Shown piece after piece: positions 11,902 to 27,877 of a stretch of DNA of 64,000 nucleotides. The DNA comes from Octopus vulgaris (taxonomy: Eukaryota), in NCBI GenBank assembly GCA_951406725.2, contig OX597824.1, positions 73,842,001-73,906,000 of the forward strand. Direction: 5' to 3'. Positions within the stretch are counted from its first letter, which is position 1; each line of letters starts with the position of its first letter. The position numbers and the translations under genes were made by a program. The notes below the pieces were generated by a model. The model had not been told where the DNA came from. It did no database searches and saw only the letters and a list, made by a program, of their open reading frames with translations.

Positions 11902-12184
11902 GTATGCATGCATGTAAGCATATATATGTATGTATGTAAGCATATATATGTATATGTGTGTGTATGCATGTATATATATATATGATGTATATAAATCACA
12001 TTAGTGTCTTTGTATATAAACATGCGATTGTGTAAACTTTTCCATACATGTATACATATACACTCGCGTTCGTATACACTCGTGCACTGTCCATCCGAGA
12101 GCTCCAATGAATTCGAAATTGTTCATGCCTACCCATGCACACTAATAAGCATGCTAGGAAACTAAAAAAAGAAGAAGGTGAATG

Positions 12185-12406
12185 TGTATGTATGTATCTG
12201 TGTATGTATGTATGTATGTATGTATGTATGTATGTATGTATGTATGTATGTATGTATGAATGTATGTATGTATGTATGTATGTACGTATGTGTGTATGTA
12301 TGTATGTATGTATGTATGTATGAATGTATGTATGTATCTATGTATGTTTGTATGAAAATATACACACACACACATATATATACATATATATATATGTATA
12401 TGCATG

Positions 12407-12444
<38 letters not shown>

Positions 12445-12486
12445 TATATACTTATATATACAAATACATATATATATACATATATG

Positions 12487-12535
<49 letters not shown>

Positions 12536-12559
12536 TATACAAATACATATATATATACA

Positions 12560-12598
<39 letters not shown>

Positions 12599-12640
12599 AT
12601 ATATAAATTTCGTTGCGTATTTATATGTGTGTGTGTGAGT
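12185..12640. repeat. Compound (TATG)n/(TA)n microsatellite
   Basis: Directly visible; source of the spurious YI/VC/HT ORFs. Confidence 0.95.
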
Positions 12641-12984
12641 GTACATTTTTGTCCCGTTAAAGTGTTATAGTTGAAAGAATGGAGACAAAAGACAAAGAAC
12701 GAGTGTGGGCGGGGCACACAAAATCTTACTCTTATACACTTGCATATCAACACACATGCACACAAACACGCGCACGCACACACACATAATAGGTATATTT
12801 AGAAATTATGTCATAGGTGATAAGCTATTTATATAAATTACGCCGTATATTATACGTATACATACATACATACATACATACATACATACATACATACATA
12901 CATACATACATACATACATACATACATACATGAAGAAAATATATACTAAAAGTAAGATAGATATATATATAGGAAGAAAAAAAA

Positions 12985-13292
12985 GGTCGGCAATGCCTGT
13001 GCAGAGTTTTAGGTCCAATAAGGCTTGCACAACACCTCATAGACCCTCTCTATTGACATTATCCAGAGACAAGCCGGAGCAAGATGTCTGGTGCCAATAT
13101 GAGTCGCAGGCTCAGGGATGTGGGAGCGCCGTGATCTCTAGCACAAACCAAAGACCCCCAAAATGTTCAATGCCATTCCCTGCATATCTGGTTTTATATC
13201 AGAGTGACCTTCTCCTAGAAACGTGCTTTAACAAAAGCTGAGGGGCGCCTCACTCCTAGTGGTCTTTCAGCACGCCGGACACCACCCCGGAA
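12985..13292 (-). mobile_element. RTE-related non-autonomous element (5'UTR-like motif)
   Basis: gagtgaccttctcctagaaacgtgctttaacaaaagctgagg resembles the motif in the elements at 37312 and 41340. Confidence 0.4.
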
Positions 13293-13426
13293 TTTCATAC
13301 ATACATACATACATACATACATACATACATACATACATACATACATACATACATACATACATACATACGTAAATACATACATACCTACGTACGTACATAC
13401 ATACGTACGTACGTACGTACGTAAGT

Positions 13427-14673
13427 ACATCAAGTCATTAAGAATGAAACGTCCGATTTAGAACTGAAAGTTTATTTTACTTTATCTCAACAAAAAAGCA
13501 ATGCAGTTAATCAACGTGTGCACCTAAATCATTAACACAATTTTGCCTTTTTATCGCTAGCTTATTTGTGCCAGCAGCAAAGAATTCTGGAGAGCAAGAG
13601 GTGATGAAATCACAAAAGGCTGTTTTTGCATCTTCTTCAGATTTGTAGGTTTTTCCTTGCAAAATGTTGTCTAATGCCTGGAAAACGTGATAGTCAGTTG
13701 GTGCAAGGTCTGGTGAATATGGTGGATGACAGAGTACTTCTAAGTTTAATTTGCTGTAATTTGAGTTGCGTTTTTTATGCAACATGTGGTCGAGCATTGT
13801 CTTGGAAGATAATTGGTCTGTCTCTATTGAACAATCTCAGTTGTTTAATTGCAAGTTCACTCATAATTTCATCCGCTGTAATTGACTTATCAGGTTTCGT
13901 GAAGATGTAGCAGATGACACCAGCACCGGACCACCAAACAGACACCATTAACATTTTTTGGTGAATATTCCTTTTTGGATTGTATTTTGTCACATCGTCT
14001 CTCTCCAACCACCGTGCAGAACGCTTGCTATTGTTGAAATGAATTCATTTTTCATCACACGCAACAATACGATGCAAAAAAATGGTTCACTTTTATGCCA
14101 CGACAGCAAAGAACAGCAAGATTCAAGACGACGTGTCTTTTGATACTTTTTCAGTTCGTGTGATATCCACTTGTCCAGCTTCTTTACCTTGCCAATTTGT
14201 TTCAGAAAGTCCAATTACAGTCGGAATGGAAACATCAAGCCTTGCTGCTAACTCACGCGTAGTTTGAGATGTATCCGCTTCCACTACAGTTTCCAGCTCA
14301 TCATTAACCACCTTATCTCGGGTCTACCTCGGGGCTAATTTTCAAGAGTAAAGTCACCAGACCGGAACTTCTTAAACCGTCAACATTCTGTGCGCTCATT
14401 CGCCACATCTTCACCAAACACCTCATTAATGTTTCGAGCTGTCTGGGATGCATTAGTTTAGCGACGGAACTCATATTCATAAGCATCCCAAATTTTTGAT
14501 CCATGAGTTTGATCCAGGCGTGGCTGTGTGGTAAGTAGCTAGCTAACCAACCACATGGTTCCGGGTTCAGTCCCACTGCGTGGCATCTTGGGCAAGTGTC
14601 TTCTGCTATAGCCCCGGGCCGACCAATGCCTTGTGAGTGGATTTGGTAGACAGAAGCTGAAAGGAGCCTGTCG

Positions 14674-14704
<31 letters not shown>

Positions 14705-15101
14705 TTGTGTGTCTGTGTTTGTCCCCCCAACATCGCTTGACAACCGATGCTGGTGTGTTTACATCCCCGTAAGTTAGCGTTTCGGCAAAAGAGACCGATA
14801 GAATAAGTACTGGGCTTACAAAGAATAAGTCCCGGGGTCGATTTGCTCGACTAAAGGCGGTGCTCCAGCATGGCCGCAGTCAAATGACTGAAACAAGTAA
14901 AAGAGTAAAAGAGTAAAAGAGTAATAAATGATTTACAAGAGACAACTCACAATCTAATCAGACACCATGAATTGCATTTCAAAAAGTGATGATGTAACTC
15001 TTCAGTGTTGTAAAACAAAGAATTGCCAGGATAAAACATTAGAGTTAACGACTCTCAAACTTAGTCCATAAGAGAATCGGAATTTCATTTCTAATAATCT
15101 G

Positions 15102-15105
<4 letters not shown>
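13427..15105 (-). mobile_element. Mariner (DD34D) transposon relic with nested SINE
   Basis: Frameshifted transposase 14504->13507: YEYEFRR.TNASQTARNINEVFGEDVANERT, CDEK, FQDNARPHVA, HPPYSPDLAPTDYHVF; imperfect TIRs acatcaagtcattaagaatgaaacgtccgatt / aatcggaatttcatttctaataatctgatgt; about 1.27 kb without the SINE. Confidence 0.85.
14516..14922 (+). mobile_element. SINE family A inserted just upstream of the mariner ATG
   Basis: Near-complete body ending in (aaagagta)3. Confidence 0.85.
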
Positions 15106-15163
<58 letters not shown>

Positions 15164-15319
15164 GTGAGTGAGTGAGTGTATGTGTGCGCGCGTGTGTGTG
15201 TATATACATGCATACATAGAGTATCTTAGGTGATTATGACATTACATAAAAATTTGAAAATTTTTCTTCTTTTCACTCTGATGTCTGTGAGATTAACGCT
15301 CTAAATATTGATTTCCGTT

Positions 15320-15742
<423 letters not shown>

Positions 15743-15803
15743 TTTCTTCACCGTGATGTTGGATTCTTTTATTTGTTTCAGTCATTATATATATATATAT
15801 ATA

Positions 15804-16171
15804 CTAGCAGTATCGCCCGGCGTTGCTCAGGTTTGTAAGGGAAATAACTATATAGCATTTTTAGAGAGTTATAGCCAAAAAATAGCAAAAAAATGGAAAA
15901 AAAATGATGGTAAATTTTTTTTGAGAGTTAAAAAAGGTCGAGTTGCGTCCCCTAGACAGTCTGTGGTTTGTGTTTCTGATTCTCGACCCCATGTCGAATT
16001 TATCGATTTTTTTCAGAACTGGGGGAACTTTTCAAAATTTTCGCTGCGTTAGTTTTGAATTATGACATTGGGCTATGTGTGTGTCAAGTTTCATCAGAAT
16101 CGGTTGAAAGCCGTGGTCAGGGTGAGGGTACAACCTAACAGACACACAGACACACACACAGACAAACTGCC

Positions 16172-16180
<9 letters not shown>
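15804..16180 (-). mobile_element. Non-autonomous Helitron with a different 5' half, inside a SINE A remnant
   Basis: Shares ctagcagtatcgcccggcgttgctc...gggaaataactatat end with 6804; SINE A pieces at 15765-15787 and 16255-16412. Confidence 0.7.
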
Positions 16181-16254
<74 letters not shown>

Positions 16255-17142
16255 AACGACGGGCTTCTATCAGTTTACGTGCCTACCAAATCCACTCACA
16301 AATCTTTGGTCGGCCCGAAGCTACAGTAGATGACACTTGCCCAAGGTACCAGGCAATGGGACTGAACCCGGAAGCATGTGGTTGGTAAGCAAGCTACTTA
16401 CCACACAGCCATGCGTGCGCATATCTGCTATAGTTTTAATTTGATTAAACTTAACAATGTGACTGCGATTTTTCGCAGTCTTCATAAGCCCGTTTCCAGA
16501 GTGAGGGTGGAGCATGCCTCCAGGGCCTCCGAGGAAAATATTTTGCAAGGGGGAATGTGACTGTTCTCGGAACACCCTATCGGGGCAGTTCTTCTCGCAA
16601 TTCAAAGCAGCTTGAAGGGTTTCTTTTCCCTTTTTTTTGTTTTCTCCTTTATTTCTTCTCTTTTATTGGAGAAGAGACCTGTATGATATTCACAAGCTCC
16701 TCCTTGCTTCTCTGTGCTCCGGACTGGTATACAGACCGAACTACCCCGTTTATAAGCCCCAGCTACCCTTCAAAGAGAAGCACTGTTTTAAATATATTGC
16801 TTCCTCCTACCCTAGTTCTAGTGTTCAGTGTCTTCTTGTATGCGTGTATGTTCCAGAAATGGCCTCCGCAAAGGGTGACAAAGTAACACGATAGGGGTGC
16901 GGCAGTTCCTGTTCCACCGCATTTATCTCTTGTGGTATTTACCCCAGCAAAGTATTTGTGGCTAATTAACCAACTGATATTGCTGTTGTTTTCGTGCGTC
17001 AACCAAGTCTAGTATACATACATACATACATACATACATACATACATACAAATATATGTGTGTATATATACATATATAGGTATATATATATACATACACA
17101 TATACATACATATATACACATATGCATAGATATATATACATA

Positions 17143-17198
<56 letters not shown>

Positions 17199-17252
17199 TA
17201 ATAGTAGGGAATATAAAATTTAACGTTTATTTAATTTAGTGATTTTTACACA

Positions 17253-17302
<50 letters not shown>

Positions 17303-17308
17303 AATACA

Positions 17309-17342
<34 letters not shown>

Positions 17343-17803
17343 CATATATATATATACACACACACCATATATATATATAATATATTTATATATATATATA
17401 TATATACATACATACATACAAATATATCCTTGTGCCATTTTTTCCCCATTCCTCTTTCATTTGACCTAGATATTTATGCATTAAAAAAAAAAAATTAGCA
17501 TTTCTTATCTTTCTAATGTCTAGGAATAAATATTGGTGTGCATGAGTATGTTTTCTGCAGAATTGAAGCGGCAAATTTACTTTATCTCATCTTACTCCAG
17601 CCAAATTTGTCTTTTATATGCTCAAAGAGAACGGCGATAATTTTCTGAAATAGTGATCAGGTTATGTTTTAATGCTTTTAATACATTTAGGGGAAGTCAT
17701 TTTGCTTAGCTGATATAGTTTTCGTTCGGTAGTTAACATTTGCAAACAATGTATTCTGTCGCAAAGTCAAAAGCGCAGTAAAATCTCCCCATTCTTTTCC
17801 CTG

Positions 17804-17805
<2 letters not shown>

Positions 17806-17878
<73 letters not shown>

Positions 17879-17895
17879 CCTACCTACCTACCTAC

Positions 17896-17964
<69 letters not shown>

Positions 17965-17983
17965 CATCCATCTGTCTATCTAT
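17806..17983. repeat. (TATC)n/(TACC)n microsatellite
   Basis: Directly visible. Confidence 0.95.
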
Positions 17984-18207
17984 CGAAATAAGGAGTAGAA
18001 GGACAGCCGACGACTGATGAAGGGTCGTTTTTTATGTTGCTTGTCTTGTTTTCCATTTGTTTCTCTTGTTCTTTGCGTATCCAACGTTATTTTCGTATTT
18101 CATGTTGTTTACGTTTTGCGACGTCCTGTACCCATATATGCATACCTATATACATGCATATGTATGTATGTACATATGTGTGTATATATGCATATATATA
18201 TTATTTA

Positions 18208-18267
<60 letters not shown>

Positions 18268-18513
18268 GTCTGTCTGTCTGTCTGTCTGTCTACATGTATG
18301 TATGTATGTATGTATGTATGTATGTATTTCCAGCAATGACGTTCCAGCAATGACCATCCCACTTTTAAAGAAATATAAGATTCATTGTCCGCGCCCTTCC
18401 TTCTTTTTTTTTTTTTGTTTTGTTTACGTTTTGATTCTGTTTTGTTTTTCCTAAAAACGGTAGGATGTGATTTGAGAGGTATATGGCGGTTGCTTCTATA
18501 AAGTCGAATAACC

Positions 18514-18744
18514 TATTTCTTTATTACCCACAAGGGGCTAAACACAGAGGGGACAAACAAGGACAGACATAGGTATTAAGTCGATTACATCGACCCCAGT
18601 GCGTAACTGGTACTTAATTTATCGACCCCGAAAGGATGAAAGGCAAAGTCGACCTCGGCGGAATTTGAACTCAGAACGTAACGGCAGACGAAATACCGCT
18701 AAGCATTTCGCCCGGCGTTCTAACGTTTCTGCCAGCTTGCCGCC
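18514..18744 (-). mobile_element. Meta-domain SINE, full-length monomer with 16-bp TSD
   Basis: ataaagtcgaataacc at 18498-18513 and 18745-18760. Confidence 0.9.
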
Positions 18745-18860
18745 ATAAAGTCGAATAACCGTGTAGAAAGTGAAGCTCCACTCGTTCGTTGCCTCCCGCG
18801 TTAACAGTAACAACAACAGCAGCAGCAACAGCAACTAAAACATCGTCAAAAACAGCAATG

Positions 18861-19025
18861 TGGAGGCGCAATGGCCCAGTGGTTAAGGCAGCGGACTCGC
18901 GGTTTCGATTCCCAAACCGGGCATTGTGAGTGTTTATTGAGCAAAAACACCTAAGCTCCACGAGACTCCGGCGGGGGAGGGTGAACCTCGCTGTACTCTT
19001 TCACCACTACTTTCACTCTTTTTCC
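18861..19025 (+). mobile_element. SINE family B, 3'-truncated
   Basis: tggaggcgcaatggcccagtggttaaggcagcggactcgcggtttcgattccc head. Confidence 0.75.
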
Positions 19026-19171
19026 CTACTTCGGCCACAAAGCAGAATAACCATGGTGTAACCCACTATGGTGTGGTAAACTTTCAGACCCTAGTCTAGA
19101 TTGCGAATCCGCTGTACCCCAGGATGATTCGGCTCTCCACCGTTGAAAGCCACCGTTTATGGAATGAGGAT

Positions 19172-19240
19172 AACAACGTAGCTTTCGCACCCGTGTAGCC
19201 GCCAGTCTATCGCGTGTGGTGGGTGCATCTTCAAGTTGCC
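19172..19240 (-). ncRNA. Type-I hammerhead candidate (U3 variant)
   Basis: Minus strand: GGCAAC-TTGAAGA-t-GCACCC...GGGTGC-GAAA-GC-TA-c-GTTGTT. Confidence 0.5.
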
Positions 19241-19317
19241 ACACGCATTCTTAGTAGCTTAGAGTAGGCTCGAATTAGAGATTATTCTTTGTGACTAATG
19301 GCGTGAGTCCCAATTAG

Positions 19318-19413
19318 AAGAAGAAGAAGAAGAAGAAGAAGAAGAAGAAGAAGAAGAAGAAGAAGAAGAAGAAGAAGAAGAAGAAGAAGAAGAAGAAGAA
19401 GAAGAAGAAGAAG
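19318..19413. repeat. (GAA)n, about 32 units
   Basis: Uninterrupted tract. Confidence 0.95.
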
Positions 19414-19919
19414 ACAACAGCAGTAACAATGATTTTAAATTTTGGCACAAGGCTAGCAACTTCACGGGTGAAGTAAGTCGATTACATCGACTCCAGTGCT
19501 CGACTGGTACTTATTTTATCGACCCTGAAATGATGAACGCCAAGTCGACCTCAGCAAAATTTGAATACAGAACGTAAAGACGAACGAAGTGCCGCGAAGC
19601 ATGTCGTCCGGCGTGTTAACAATTCTGCCAACTCGCCGCAGAAGGAAGTGTAAGAATATTATAAAGAATGAAATATAGACAGAAGGGTGAGAATAAAAGG
19701 GCTAGGTCCCTAAGGTGTCACAATGAAAACAAATCAACAGCGAATATTTCTGTTTTGTGTGCTATGTTTTTTAACCACCGGTCATGTCTGATCATGCGGA
19801 TGAACTATTATATAATCAAAGGAACCTCATTTATGGTCATCTTATCTTCTTTGGAGTGTGGGGATCTTCAAGACACAGCATGGCTCTGCAATCACGAGGT
19901 TTCGGGTTCGATTATACTA

Positions 19920-20331
19920 CTCTCTTTTACTCTTTTCACTTTTACTTGTTTCAGTCATTTGACTGCGGCCATGCTGGAGCACCGCCGTTAGTCGAGCAAA
20001 TCGACCCCGGGACTTATTCTTTGTAAGCCCAGTACTTATTCTATCGGTCTCTTTTGCCGAACCGCTAAGTGACGGGGACGTAAACACGCCAGCATCGGTT
20101 GTCAAGCAATGCTAGGGGGACAAACACAGACACACAAACGTATACACACACATACATATATATATATACATATATACGACAGACTTCTTTCAGTTTCCGT
20201 CTACCAAATCCACTCACAAGGCATTGGTCGGCCCGGGGCTATAGCAGAAGACACTTGCCCAAGATGCCACGCAGTGGGACTGAACCCTGAACTATGTGGT
20301 TGGTTAGCAAGCTACTTACCACACAGCCACT
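19920..20331 (-). mobile_element. SINE family A
   Basis: Near full-length reverse copy. Confidence 0.85.
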
Positions 20332-20911
20332 ACTGTGTGATATCTTGGGTAAGTGTGAACCTAAGAAGATTTTGAGCAAAATTAGATTGACGGAAACTGT
20401 TGCGAAGCCCTCCAGATGGATTGTTTCTGTATTTCAGAAGCTCCAGCCTTGTTACATATTGTGTCACACCGAAACTGCTTGGAGACTGCGTTAAGAGCTC
20501 AAGTGTTTGTGATTACTCAGCCACTTACACGCTAATTAAATAAGGTTTTTAAGATTCAGGAGTGTGATTTGGGGAAGAATTGGTTGTTATTACGATTAGT
20601 TATATGTAACGCACAAAAGATTCCTTCGTCGCCTGACTTTATTTCCTGTAAGTTCTTTTTCTTTCTTCTTTATATCTGCAAGTATTTCCCAATTTTCCGC
20701 AGTCTATATTCCCCCCCCCCCCCGTTAAAAAAGAAAAACTTCATTAACTAATCTATCCTTCATATATTAAAAATTTCGAACAAGAATTAGTTGAAATTTG
20801 TAACAAATTGGTTGACTATTCCGAAGTCTTTATCTTGAGTTCGTAAAACAAACAAACAAACGAACGAACAAGCGAACTAACAAAAAACTTAAATTTTTGC
20901 TGTTAAACCCT

Positions 20912-21498
20912 TTCTTATTTCTTTATTGTCCACAAGGGGCTAAACATAGAGAGGACAAACAAGGACAGACAAAGGGATTAAGCCGATTATATCGACCCCA
21001 GTGTGTAACTGGTATTTAATTTATCGACCCCGAAAGGATGAAAGGCAAAGTCGACCTCGGCGGAATTTGAACTCAGAACGCAACGCCAGACGAAATACCT
21101 ATTTTTTTACTACCCACAAACACAGAGGGGACAAACAAGGACAGACAAAGTCGATTATATCGACCACAGTGCGTAACTGGTACTTAATTTATCGACCCCG
21201 AAAGGATGAAAGACAAAGTCGACCTCGGCGGAATTTGAACTCAGAACGTAACGGCAGACGAAATACCTATTTCTTTACTACCCACAAGGGGCTAAACACA
21301 GAGGGGACAAACAAGAACAGACAAACGGATTAAGTCGATTATATCGACCCTAGATCGTAACTGGTACTTATTTAATCGACCCCGGAAGGATGAAAGGCAA
21401 AGTCGACCTCGGCGGAATTTGAACTCAGAACGTAGCGGCAGACGATATACGGCTACGCATTTCGCCCGGCGTGTAAACGTTTCTGCCAGCTCGCCGCC
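20912..21498 (-). mobile_element. Meta-domain SINE trimer
   Basis: Three units joined at gacgaaatacc|tattt; only the distal unit has the tRNA head. Confidence 0.85.
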
Positions 21499-22198
21499 TA
21501 TTCAACCGTTTCTGATCAAGGACATTCCAGTAGCAACCATTCTATATTTGTCCTATGTGCAAGGAACCAAAGACAACATTATCCAGTGTCGCCTTAAAAA
21601 AAAAAAATTTAAACAGTAGAGGTCCAGTTTGAGGGAGATTTGACAGTCGTTTCTACCAGATCGAGCTACCTACCATATAGCGGTTCACTCGTTTGCTCAT
21701 AAAACTAAACTCGGTTCGTTCCTAAAAGGTAGCTTTTGATCTGACAGAACATATATCTCTTCGAAGTTACATTTCTTCATCAAGGAAATACGTTGACTGT
21801 TGGTTTCTTCTGATTGTGGAACTTCACTGATTTAGCCCTTTCATTCCCTTCCTCCCTCTCTCCCTCACTTTCCCCTCTCTCTGTTCTTTTCCATCCTTCT
21901 ATATGTTATTGCTTTTTAGTTGTTTTTGTCTTTTTTTGGTAACGCCATTTTCCTTCGCCTCTTTTGAACAGGTTTTTCTGTTTGTTTTTAGCTTTTAAGT
22001 ATTTTTGTCAACATTCTGGTGAGCTTTTTCTTATCTTTCAATCTTTATATCATTATTTCTTTTATTCTTCCAAACTGCCTCTTACGTTTTTCCTTCTTTC
22101 TTTCTTCCCCTCCCACTTTCACACCTTTTCACTACACACAAGCATACGTACATACATACATTAAGACATAGAAACACACACACGCATACATATATATA

Positions 22199-23538
<1,340 letters not shown>

Positions 23539-23864
23539 AACAAATATATTATTTAAAAAATGAAAATATAAAAAAACCCTCAAATCGCATTCTGCCATTT
23601 TACAATGACACATTGGATAAGGTATTCATGGGGAGGGTTTCACAACAAGTTTGGCGGGCGGGAGTGGGGGAGTCACAACAAGAACGTTTTTGATCATGTT
23701 TACTCGATCAGGGTTGACCCGGGGTTAAACAACAATGACTTCTTTAAAATAAAAAAAAGATGAGAAGACAAACATATCAATAGATTAAATAAACAGCAAC
23801 AAAATAAACGCTTTGTAAATACGAAATAACAATAATATCTGACACCGCCCAATGCTACCATTCA

Positions 23865-24008
23865 ACCATCACCACCATCACCATCACCGACCACCACCAC
23901 CACCACCACCATCACTTCGTTCCTCTCTTTCTTAGCCCTTCTTCACCTCGCTTTACTACTACTACTACTACTACTACTGCTACTACTACTACTACTACCA
24001 CCACCACC

Positions 24009-24083
<75 letters not shown>

Positions 24084-24566
24084 ACTAATGTATCATCATC
24101 AGCATCATCGTTATCACCTCGCATATACGCACACGCTATCCCTTTATATATGTGTATATGTGTGTGTGTGTGTGTGCATGTTTATATACATGTGTATACA
24201 TGTGTGTGTATATATATATATATATATATAAACACACGTATATACGTACATACATACATACATACATACATACATACATACATACATACATACATACGTA
24301 CATACACACACACATACGTACGTACATACATACATACATACATACATACATACATACATACATACGTACATACACACACACATACGTACGTACATACATA
24401 CATACATACATACATACATACATACATACATACATACATACATACATACATACATACATACATACATACTCATATACAAAACACAAGCGATGCTTTTGAT
24501 CATAAGTCAGCTCTATCGGGATTGACCCGGGGCTAAGCAATAGAATCATCATCGTCATCATCATCG

Positions 24567-24646
<80 letters not shown>

Positions 24647-24966
24647 GTCATCATCCAACGCAGTATTGTCATCACCTCCGACATCACTGAATAACTCCGT
24701 CATCACTTCTGCTAATAAAACAGCCTTACCAACCAAACACTCGTCACCTCTTATCGCAAAGACCAATACCACTTACCACCACAACCACCACCACCACCAC
24801 CACCACGACGTCCAGCATCACCAACACCACCGCGTCCAGCATCACCACCTCCACCAAAACCTCTAATACTAGCACTACTACCACTACAACAGCCACCACG
24901 GCCATCACCACCACCACCACCACAACCACCACCACCACCACCACCACCACCACAACCACCACAACC

Positions 24967-25000
<34 letters not shown>

Positions 25001-25065
25001 TCATCACTGCCACTGTCTCTGCCGCCTCCCTCTCCACTTTCACCCCTACCACCACCGTTACCACT
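23865..25065. repeat. Compound trinucleotide (CAC/TAC/TGC/CAT) and (TACA)n block
   Basis: Directly visible; explains the poly-V/M/D/G ORFs. Confidence 0.9.
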
Positions 25066-25491
25066 AGCATTGCCCCTCTTAGACACACCCTATAAACTAT
25101 TTACCAATCTTTCTTCCATCCACCCCTCTTTCACACACACCATCCTCTCCGAGAGCTAACCATCTCCGTGCCATAGCACCCACCCTTCACACCATTCTTC
25201 CCTTCTTACCATCACCATATTCACCAACTTCTCCAGCAGACAAGGCGAGAGAACAACAGCTTCTAAGAAGGCGCACAGCCAGCTAAAAGTAGCAACCGAA
25301 TTCCCCTCGAATAGCACCTTGCGGTGTTTAAAAAAATTACAATAAGGATACATTGGAAAATGTATTCTTAAATTATTCCTGAAAAGAAAAGGGATAGAAT
25401 GGAATGAGATGGTCATCGCTGGAATGCCTCTGATCATAAGATTTGCTCGATCACTATTGACCTTTGTCTATTAAAATAAGATTGACTTAAT

Positions 25492-25663
25492 AGGCGTAGG
25501 AGTGGCTGTGTGGTACGTAGCTTGCTTACCAACCACATGGTTGTGGGTTCAATCTCACTGCGTGGCACCTTGGGCAAGTGTCTTCTACTATAGCCTCGGG
25601 CCGACCAAAGCCTTGTGAGTGGATCTGGTAGACGGAAACTGAAAGAAGCCCGTCGTATATATG

Positions 25664-25705
<42 letters not shown>

Positions 25706-25840
25706 TGTGTGTGTATGTGTGTGTGTGTGTATGTGTGTGTGTTTGTCCCCTCGACATCGCTTGACAACCGATGCTAGTGCGTTTACGTCCCCGTAAACTA
25801 GCGGTTCGACAAAAGGGACCGATAGAATAAGTACTAGGCA
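25492..25840 (+). mobile_element. SINE family A, 3'-truncated
   Basis: ggcgtaggagtggctgtgtgg head through gaataagtactaggc. Confidence 0.8.
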
Positions 25841-26005
25841 AATTTTCAGATTGCTTTCAATTTTGGTGTATCGATGCAACTCTGAATTTTGATTACGATC
25901 AACCAATTACTTTGACTCGTAAGTTAAAGAATCTGATGTTATTTGAAATTAAAGTTGGGAAATTTGGGTAATTTTAGCCAATCAACAGACAGCGTGGTAT
26001 TACCA

Positions 26006-26292
26006 TCATCATCATCATTGTTCGGCTGTGGTCGAGACAATGGAATTTACCATGCTACGCCAGACTTCACGGTCCATCATGGCATTACGGAGGTCCTGTT
26101 GCTGGATGCCTGTATCCCTGGAGATTACATCAGGGTAGGAGAGTGTGCGCCCTCTGGTATTGCGAGTAGATGGCTTCCAGAGGAGAAGAGTAGAAATTAC
26201 TTCTTTTTCAGCTCTACAACAATGTCCAGCAAACTGGACTCTCTTACCTTTCACAAGAGATGACACAGGTGGTAGTTTCCCATATATTTGCA
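26006..26292 (-). mobile_element. RTE-clade LINE 3' end, 5'-truncated
   Basis: QIYGKLPPVSSLVKGKRVQFAGHCCRAEKEVISTLLLWKP...AMMDREVWRSMV...* then (TGA)n tail; possible TSD attacca at 25999 and 26293. Confidence 0.8.
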
Positions 26293-27517
26293 TTACCAGC
26301 TGGTTACCATGACAACCGCACGCTGTGTTGTGGTTCACTATTGTCTGTGCCACTGTTGCCTATGTTGATTTTTCCCACTAGATTCTTCACACCACGAGAT
26401 TCTTTTCACCCGCGTTTTGTTTTTAATTCTTCTGTGTGTTAGTATATTACATATTTTTCTGTGCTTCTGTGTGTTGGTATTTTCCTGTCCTGTTTTCTGC
26501 ATGTTAGTATTTTTACATATTTTTCATTTTATATATTTTTGGGACTCATTGACTCAGATAGCTGGGGATTTCACTAGGTTAATTCTGTTCATAAAAATTT
26601 TAACTAGGAATATTTCTTAAACCGTTAGCTTCACATTTCAACAGCCTAACTGAAATTTAACCCGCGAAACAGGAACTGAGAGGGATATCGTGGAACAGAG
26701 AAACTGTGGGTGATACAGTTAATTTGACATTATTTTTGCAAAATATATGCATGCAAAAACACATAAGATACAGGTATTCTTTTCCTTGGGACAAATTCTT
26801 TGTTGACCAGTGTTATTCTTATCGTAGTTTGCAAATCCAAGCATGAAAACGTTACTCAACTTTGGAGTTTTGGAGGCAGATGAATGCATACATGTACATA
26901 TAAGCTTATGTATGAATACATACATCCACATGCACGTATATATTAATGCTGTACACAAATACATGACAGGTATACATAATACTGAAATACGCATAAAGTA
27001 AACATATGCAGACAGATATATTAATATCACAAATTAAAAAAAATAATAAGACCATACAATCAATGAAGAGACAAAAGAAACAGTAAGCTGATGCATGTTG
27101 ATTTTATTAGGTATTTTTGTTTATTTAGAAACCTACAATGAACAAGTGTGACATTAAACTATAAATTTCACAGGGTAAAACCTTAAAGTTGACACCGCTC
27201 CGCTAAAAGCAGAAAACATTTGTTTCGTTATTGGCTAAAAAAACACAGTTTTTTCGATTTTTAAACTTCTGTAACATTTTTCTCCATAACATCATACGTT
27301 CAAAGCAATGAGACTGGAAGGCTACATTATTATAGCCGACTTTCAGATTTTTTACTTCCTTTTAAAAAATGTATAGTTTGCGAATGAAAAAAAAAACTAG
27401 ATCCTTAGAAAGAATAAGTCCTGGGGTTGATTTGCTCGACTAAAGGCGGTGCTCCGGCATGGCCACAGTCAAATGACTGAAACAAGTAAAAAATAAAAGA
27501 ATGCTCATAATCACCAT

Positions 27518-27825
27518 TTGGAGGTACATGGCCTAGTAGTTAGTGCAGCGGACTCGCGGTCGAGGGATCGTGGGTTCCAATCTCAGACTGGGCAGTGTGT
27601 CTGTGTGTTTATAAGCGAAACACCTAAGCTTCACGCGGCTCCGGCAGAAGGTAATGGCAAACTTCTGCTGACTCTTTCGCCACAACTTTCTCTCACTCTT
27701 TCCTCCTGCATCTTGCAGCTCACCTGCGACGGACGGCGTCCCGTCCAGATGGGGAACCTATACACCAAGGAAACCGGGAAACCAGCCCTAATGAGCCAGG
27801 CATGGCTCGAGAAGGAGCAAACAAC
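27518..27825 (+). mobile_element. SINE family B variant
   Basis: tggcctagtagttagtgcagcggactcgcggtcgagggatcgtgggttcc head; tail ggcatggctcgagaaggagcaaacaac. Confidence 0.7.
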
Positions 27826-27877
27826 ATTATCATCTTATCACTTTGATGGCAGAGATGTTAGCGTTGGTTGTACAGAC

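Noticed and set aside
12154-12783. Long YI/HT/VC-repeat ORFs here and at 24, 32, 41 and 42 kb
   Set aside because: Translations of (TA)n, (CA)n and (TACA)n microsatellites
16450-17000. Possible LINE ORF1 or host exon on the - strand
   Set aside because: Only a vague SCFE motif, with stops in frame; cannot be assigned
18005-18035. CTGATGA motif as a hammerhead
   Set aside because: No stem II-GAAA follows
24136-25088. Poly-M/D/G/H protein exon
   Set aside because: Trinucleotide microsatellites without splice or domain support
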